Source: an uncultured Actinomycetota bacterium (lineage in GTDB: Bacteria; Actinomycetota; Thermoleophilia; Gaiellales; Gaiellaceae). From it: a stretch of 64,000 bases of DNA. Of this stretch, positions 60,664 through 64,000 are shown piece after piece. Numbering within the stretch: position 1 is the stretch's first letter; every line of letters begins with the position of its first letter. The position numbers and the translations under genes were made by a program. The stretch is taken from assembly GCA_963812555.1 (NCBI GenBank), contig CAWEVP010000004.1, positions 163,736 through 227,735 on the forward strand, in the 5' to 3' direction. Below the pieces are notes generated by a model that was given only the letters and a program-made list of their open reading frames with translations, made no database searches and had not been told where the DNA came from.

Positions 60664-61100
60664 TCTTAAGAGCACGAATCTCGATGGGCGTCCCTGTCCG
60701 GGGCTCTCGGAGCGAGCGGGTGGGACGGCCGGCTCGGAGGCCAGGCTGGTTGCCCGTCCGAGAGGCGGCCGTTTCAGCCGGGAAGCCCTTGATCCTGCGG
60801 AACCGAGCCGATCCCGAACTGGGCCGATCCCGAACTGGGCCGATCCCGAACTGGGCCGATGGGCCGATCCCGAACTGAGCCGATCCCGAACTGAGCCGAT
60901 TCAGTCGAGCGCTGGACCAGCTCAGCCGGATCAAGGTCGCCGGAAGCTCAGGTCGCGGGCGCGAAGCGTTCGTGGCCCGAGCTGGAAGACGATCCGAGAG
61001 CGCCGGGAACGACGCTCATCTTGGTTCGTGCTCTAAAAGAAGGCTCGCACCACCCAGCGCGCCCGATCGACGAGCGTCATTCTGCAGTGAGCTCTTGAAC
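60664..61100. mobile_element. composite MITE-like non-coding element (gamma copy) carrying tandem array C
   Basis: Inverted repeats TTAAGAGCACGAA (60666-78) and TTCGTGCTCTAA (61025-36). The left module matches 50390-50455. The right module (61040-61100) matches 15545-15607 at about 90% by eye. No ORF with coding character. Confidence 0.6.
60808..60900. repeat. tandem array C: ~6.5 units of 16 bp, CCGATCCCGAACTG(G/A)G
   Basis: The units start at 60808, 60824, 60840, 60856 (8-bp half unit), 60864 and 60880, with a degenerate unit at 60896. Confidence 0.9.
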
Positions 61101-61102
61101 CG

Positions 61103-61948
61103 CTACGCGAGCGCCCGCCGGAAGCGCGGCTCCGAGGCGGTGCGCTCGAGCCGTGAGAAGTGCTCCTCGGCGTACTCGTCGAAGTCGAAGTCGAGTGTCG
61201 AGACCGCGTTCTGCACCACGCCCCACATCGCCTCGCGGAAGTCCGACATGAACCGCATCAGCGTGTGGGCGTCCGCATCGGCTGCCCCGTAGGCCTCGAG
61301 GAGCTCGCGGTCGCCGTCCGGGTCGAGCTCGTGGTTCACGGCGAAGTTGGCGAGGTCGAACGCCGGGTCGCCCATGCCCGCGTACTCCCAGTCGACGATC
61401 CACAGCCGCTCTTCGTCGCGAATGAAGTTCGCGGCGAGCAGATCGTTGTGGCAGGGCCGAAGCTCGACGCGGCCGAGCCTCCGCTCGATCTCGTCGGCAA
61501 CCGCCTTCGCCCGCGTGAAGCCCTTCGGGGCGGGGCGGCCCGCAGCCCGGGCGGTCTCGGCGTAGCTCTCGACCACCCGGAACGGATCGAACCGTCCGGA
61601 GATGCCCGGGGCTGCGTGAAGACGGCGGAGGAGCCCTGCTGCCTCTGCCGCGCCGACGGAGCCGACCTCGGCAGTCTCGCCCTCCAGAAACTCCGTGACG
61701 AGGTATCCCTCGGGCTCGACGAACGCAACCACCTCCGGGCCGAGGCCGAGGCTCGCCGCTGCCAGCGTGGCCTCGTGCTCGATCGAACGGTCGATCCCGA
61801 GCAGCGCCGTGTCCTTGCCGGCCACCCGAAGCGCAAAGGCGGCGCCGCCCGTGACGACCTTGAAGTTGTGATTCGTGATCCCGCCACCGAGACGCTCGAC
61901 CGAGTCCACCCCGTCGGGCCAGACGCGCGCCACCACCTCGTCGATCAC
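61103..61948 (-). CDS. choline/ethanolamine kinase - aminoglycoside phosphotransferase (APH) family kinase
   Basis: GGGITNHNFKV...CHNDLLAANFI...IVDWEYAGMGDPAFDLAN are the Brenner and APH motifs. Confidence 0.82.
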   Translation of the reverse strand: MIDEVVARVWPDGVDSVERLGGGITNHNFKVVTGGAAFALRVAGKDTALLGIDRSIEHEATLAAASLGLGPEVVAFVEPEGYLVTEFLEGETAEVGSVGAAEAAGLLRRLHAAPGISGRFDPFRVVESYAETARAAGRPAPKGFTRAKAVADEIERRLGRVELRPCHNDLLAANFIRDEERLWIVDWEYAGMGDPAFDLANFAVNHELDPDGDRELLEAYGAADADAHTLMRFMSDFREAMWGVVQNAVSTLDFDFDEYAEEHFSRLERTASEPRFRRALA

Positions 61949-61991
61949 TTCGGGCTCCCGGCCGGCGAGCCCAGGGTCGAACGGTCTCCGA

Positions 61992-62060
61992 GGCTCACTT
62001 TCGTTAGGCTCACTGGCTCGTTGAGGCTCACTGGCTCCTTGAGGCTCCCTGGGTCCTCGA
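61992..62060. repeat. tandem array D: ~4 units of 18(15) bp, GGCTCACTGGCTC(G/C)TTGA
   Basis: The units start at 61992, 62007, 62025 and 62043. The array abuts the stop (62063) of the upstream dehydrogenase gene and fills most of the spacer before the kinase gene. Confidence 0.85.
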
Positions 62061-62062
62061 AC

Positions 62063-64000
62063 TCACCGGCGGATGCGCTCGCCCTCCGGGTCGAAGAGCG
62101 GCTCCGCGGCAACCGTGCCGGCCACCCAGTCGCCGAAGATCTCCACCTCCACGCTCGTTCCCGGCTCCGCGAGCAGGGCAGGCAGGTAGGCGTAGGCGAT
62201 CGAGCGCTCGACCGTGTAGCCGTAGCCGCCGCTCGTAACGCGTCCGACCGGCTCGCCGCCGGCGCGCACGGGCTCGGAGCCCAGGGCAACCGCCCGTGGA
62301 TCGTCGAGGACGAGGCACGAGAGCTGCCGTGTCGGCTCCCGGCGCTCGAGGAGCGACTCGCGGCCGATGAAGCCTTTCTTGTCGAGCTTCACGGCGAACC
62401 CGAGGCCGGCCTCATACGGGGTGTCGTCGGGCGTGATGTCGGCGCCCCAGACGCGGTAGCCCTTCTCGAGCCGCAGCGAATCGATCGCCTTGTATCCACC
62501 CGCGACGAGGCCGTGGTCGCGGCCGGCCGCCCAGATCGCGTCCCACAGCGCGAGGCCGAACTCGCTCGGGCAGTAGAGCTCCCAGCCGAGCTCGCCGACG
62601 TAGGTGACCCGCAGCGCCAGGCACGGGACCGAGCCGACCGCCAGCTCGCGGGCGCGCATGTACGGGAAGTCGAGGGACGTGCCCGTCAGCGGCTGCAGGA
62701 TCTCCCGCGCCTTCGGCCCCCAGAGGCCAAAGCACGCGTAGGCGGAGGTCACGTCGTCCACCGACACGGCGGCCGGAGCGTGCTGACGGATCCAGGCCAG
62801 GTCGTGTTGGCCGAACGCGGTGCCGGTGACGATGCGAAAGCGCTCCTCTGCGAGCCGGGTGACCGTGAAGTCACATTCGATGCCGCCGCGCGGGTTCAGC
62901 ATCTGGGTGTAGGTGATCGCACCGACGTCGCGGGCGATGCGGTTGGCGCACAGCCACTCGAGGAACGGCGCCGCCTCCTCGCCCGAAACCTCGATCTTCG
63001 CGAAGGATGTCTCGTCGAAGAGCGCGGCGGTCTCGCGGCAGGCGATGTGCTCGGCGCCGATTGCCGGCGACCACAGCCTTCCCGCCCAGCCCCGCGGCCG
63101 GAGCGACTCGTCCCCGCGGCCTGCGTTCGGCTCGAACCAGTTCGCGCGCTCCCAGCCGGACTTCTCGCCGAACGCCGCGCCGAGCTCGGCCAGACGGGCG
63201 TAGGCGGGCGAAAGCCGGAGCGGTCTGCCGGCCTGCCGCTCGTGACCGGGGTACTTGACGTCGTAGTAGGTCTCGTACACCTCCCGCGTGCGGGCGAGGG
63301 TGTAGGCCTGGGAGCGATAGGCGCGGCCGAACCGGCGCGAGTCCATGTGCCACGTGTCGAGCGACGGGGTCCCCTCGACGATCCACTCGGCCACGAGCTG
63401 CCCCAGGCCGCCGGCCCCCGCGAGCCCGTGGGCGCAAAAGCCCGCAGCCGTCCAGAAGCCCCGCACCTCCGTCGGGCCGAGGATGAACTCGCCGTCGGGA
63501 GTGAACGCCTCCGGGCCGTTGATGAGCTTGATCACTTCCATCTCGTCCAGCGAGGGGACGCGGACGAGCGCGTTCGTCATCAGCTCCTCGAACCGCGGCC
63601 AGTCCTCCGCCAGGAGCTTCCCGTTGAAGTCCGGCGGGATCCCGTCGAGCGACCACGGAGCCGGATCGCGCTCGTAGCCGCCCATGATCAGCCCGCCCGA
63701 CTCGGGGCGGAAGTAGACGAGGAGCGAGGGGTCGCGCATCGTCGGCATGTCGGCGGGCAGGCCCGTCGGCTTCGTGATCAGGTACTCGTGCGCCATCGGG
63801 ATGATCGGGACGTTCACGCCGGCGAGGGCGCCGATCTCCTTCGCAAACATGCCGCCGGCGTTCACGACCACCTCGGCCTCGATCTCGCCCTGGTCGGTCA
63901 CCACGCCGCGCACGCGGCCATGATCGACCGGGATCGCCGTCACACGGGTGCTCTGATAGATCTCCGCCCCCCCGCGCCGCGCGCCCTCGGCGAGCGCAAA
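62063..64000 (-). CDS. sarcosine/dimethylglycine dehydrogenase-type enzyme (FAD oxidoreductase fused to GcvT-like folate-binding domain), 5'-partial at the window edge
   Basis: The frame stays open to base 64000 (...LAEGARRGGAEIYQSTRVTAI). DAO domain, then aminomethyltransferase-like domain (FAKIEVSGEEAAPFLEWLC, TYVGELGWELY) and C-terminal barrel. Confidence 0.85.
   Translation of the reverse strand, partial: FALAEGARRGGAEIYQSTRVTAIPVDHGRVRGVVTDQGEIEAEVVVNAGGMFAKEIGALAGVNVPIIPMAHEYLITKPTGLPADMPTMRDPSLLVYFRPESGGLIMGGYERDPAPWSLDGIPPDFNGKLLAEDWPRFEELMTNALVRVPSLDEMEVIKLINGPEAFTPDGEFILGPTEVRGFWTAAGFCAHGLAGAGGLGQLVAEWIVEGTPSLDTWHMDSRRFGRAYRSQAYTLARTREVYETYYDVKYPGHERQAGRPLRLSPAYARLAELGAAFGEKSGWERANWFEPNAGRGDESLRPRGWAGRLWSPAIGAEHIACRETAALFDETSFAKIEVSGEEAAPFLEWLCANRIARDVGAITYTQMLNPRGGIECDFTVTRLAEERFRIVTGTAFGQHDLAWIRQHAPAAVSVDDVTSAYACFGLWGPKAREILQPLTGTSLDFPYMRARELAVGSVPCLALRVTYVGELGWELYCPSEFGLALWDAIWAAGRDHGLVAGGYKAIDSLRLEKGYRVWGADITPDDTPYEAGLGFAVKLDKKGFIGRESLLERREPTRQLSCLVLDDPRAVALGSEPVRAGGEPVGRVTSGGYGYTVERSIAYAYLPALLAEPGTSVEVEIFGDWVAGTVAAEPLFDPEGERIRR

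Overview
Very GC-rich (about 70% by eye, not computed), Actinobacteria-like chromosomal core segment packed with housekeeping genes. No phage, defence island, CRISPR, rRNA or complete tRNA was recognised.

Gene content, in order:
- ilvB-ilvN-ilvC-hom-thrC-thrB-ilvD.
- A divergent aminotransferase, then a second (Zn-ribbon) threonine synthase-like gene, chorismate mutase, leuB, pheA, leuC and leuD.
- A sulfite reductase / APS reductase / siroheme operon, then serA.
- usp and amt, followed by a padR-MFS-cysO-like operon.
- thrS-infC-rpmI-rplT-trmH-like, then pheST.
- A 2-oxoacid dehydrogenase E1a/E1b/E2 set with a detached lpdA.
- infA, csp, gltBD, an arsR-SRPBCC-YCII set, and a partial sarcosine/dimethylglycine dehydrogenase-type gene.

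Unusual points:
1. About 27 reading-frame breaks fall in 13 otherwise well-conserved genes. They are strongly clustered, and nearly all resolve as single-base insertions (two 3' ends stay ambiguous). This most likely reflects consensus or assembly error rather than pseudogenisation.
2. A family of 15-18 bp tandem-repeat arrays sits exactly at gene 3' ends. Five intergenic arrays have related units, and there are in-frame arrays in the ilvC tail and the E2 linker.
3. A MITE/REP-like inverted-repeat module family occurs at 15.4, 50.4 and 60.7-61.1 kb, and twin long hairpins at 32.1 kb.
4. A CysO/MoaD-like sulfur carrier carries a GG-CGCQLLR tail.
5. A Val/Thr-containing leader uORF is coupled to ilvB.

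All calls come from manual reading and remembered family signatures. No searches were run.
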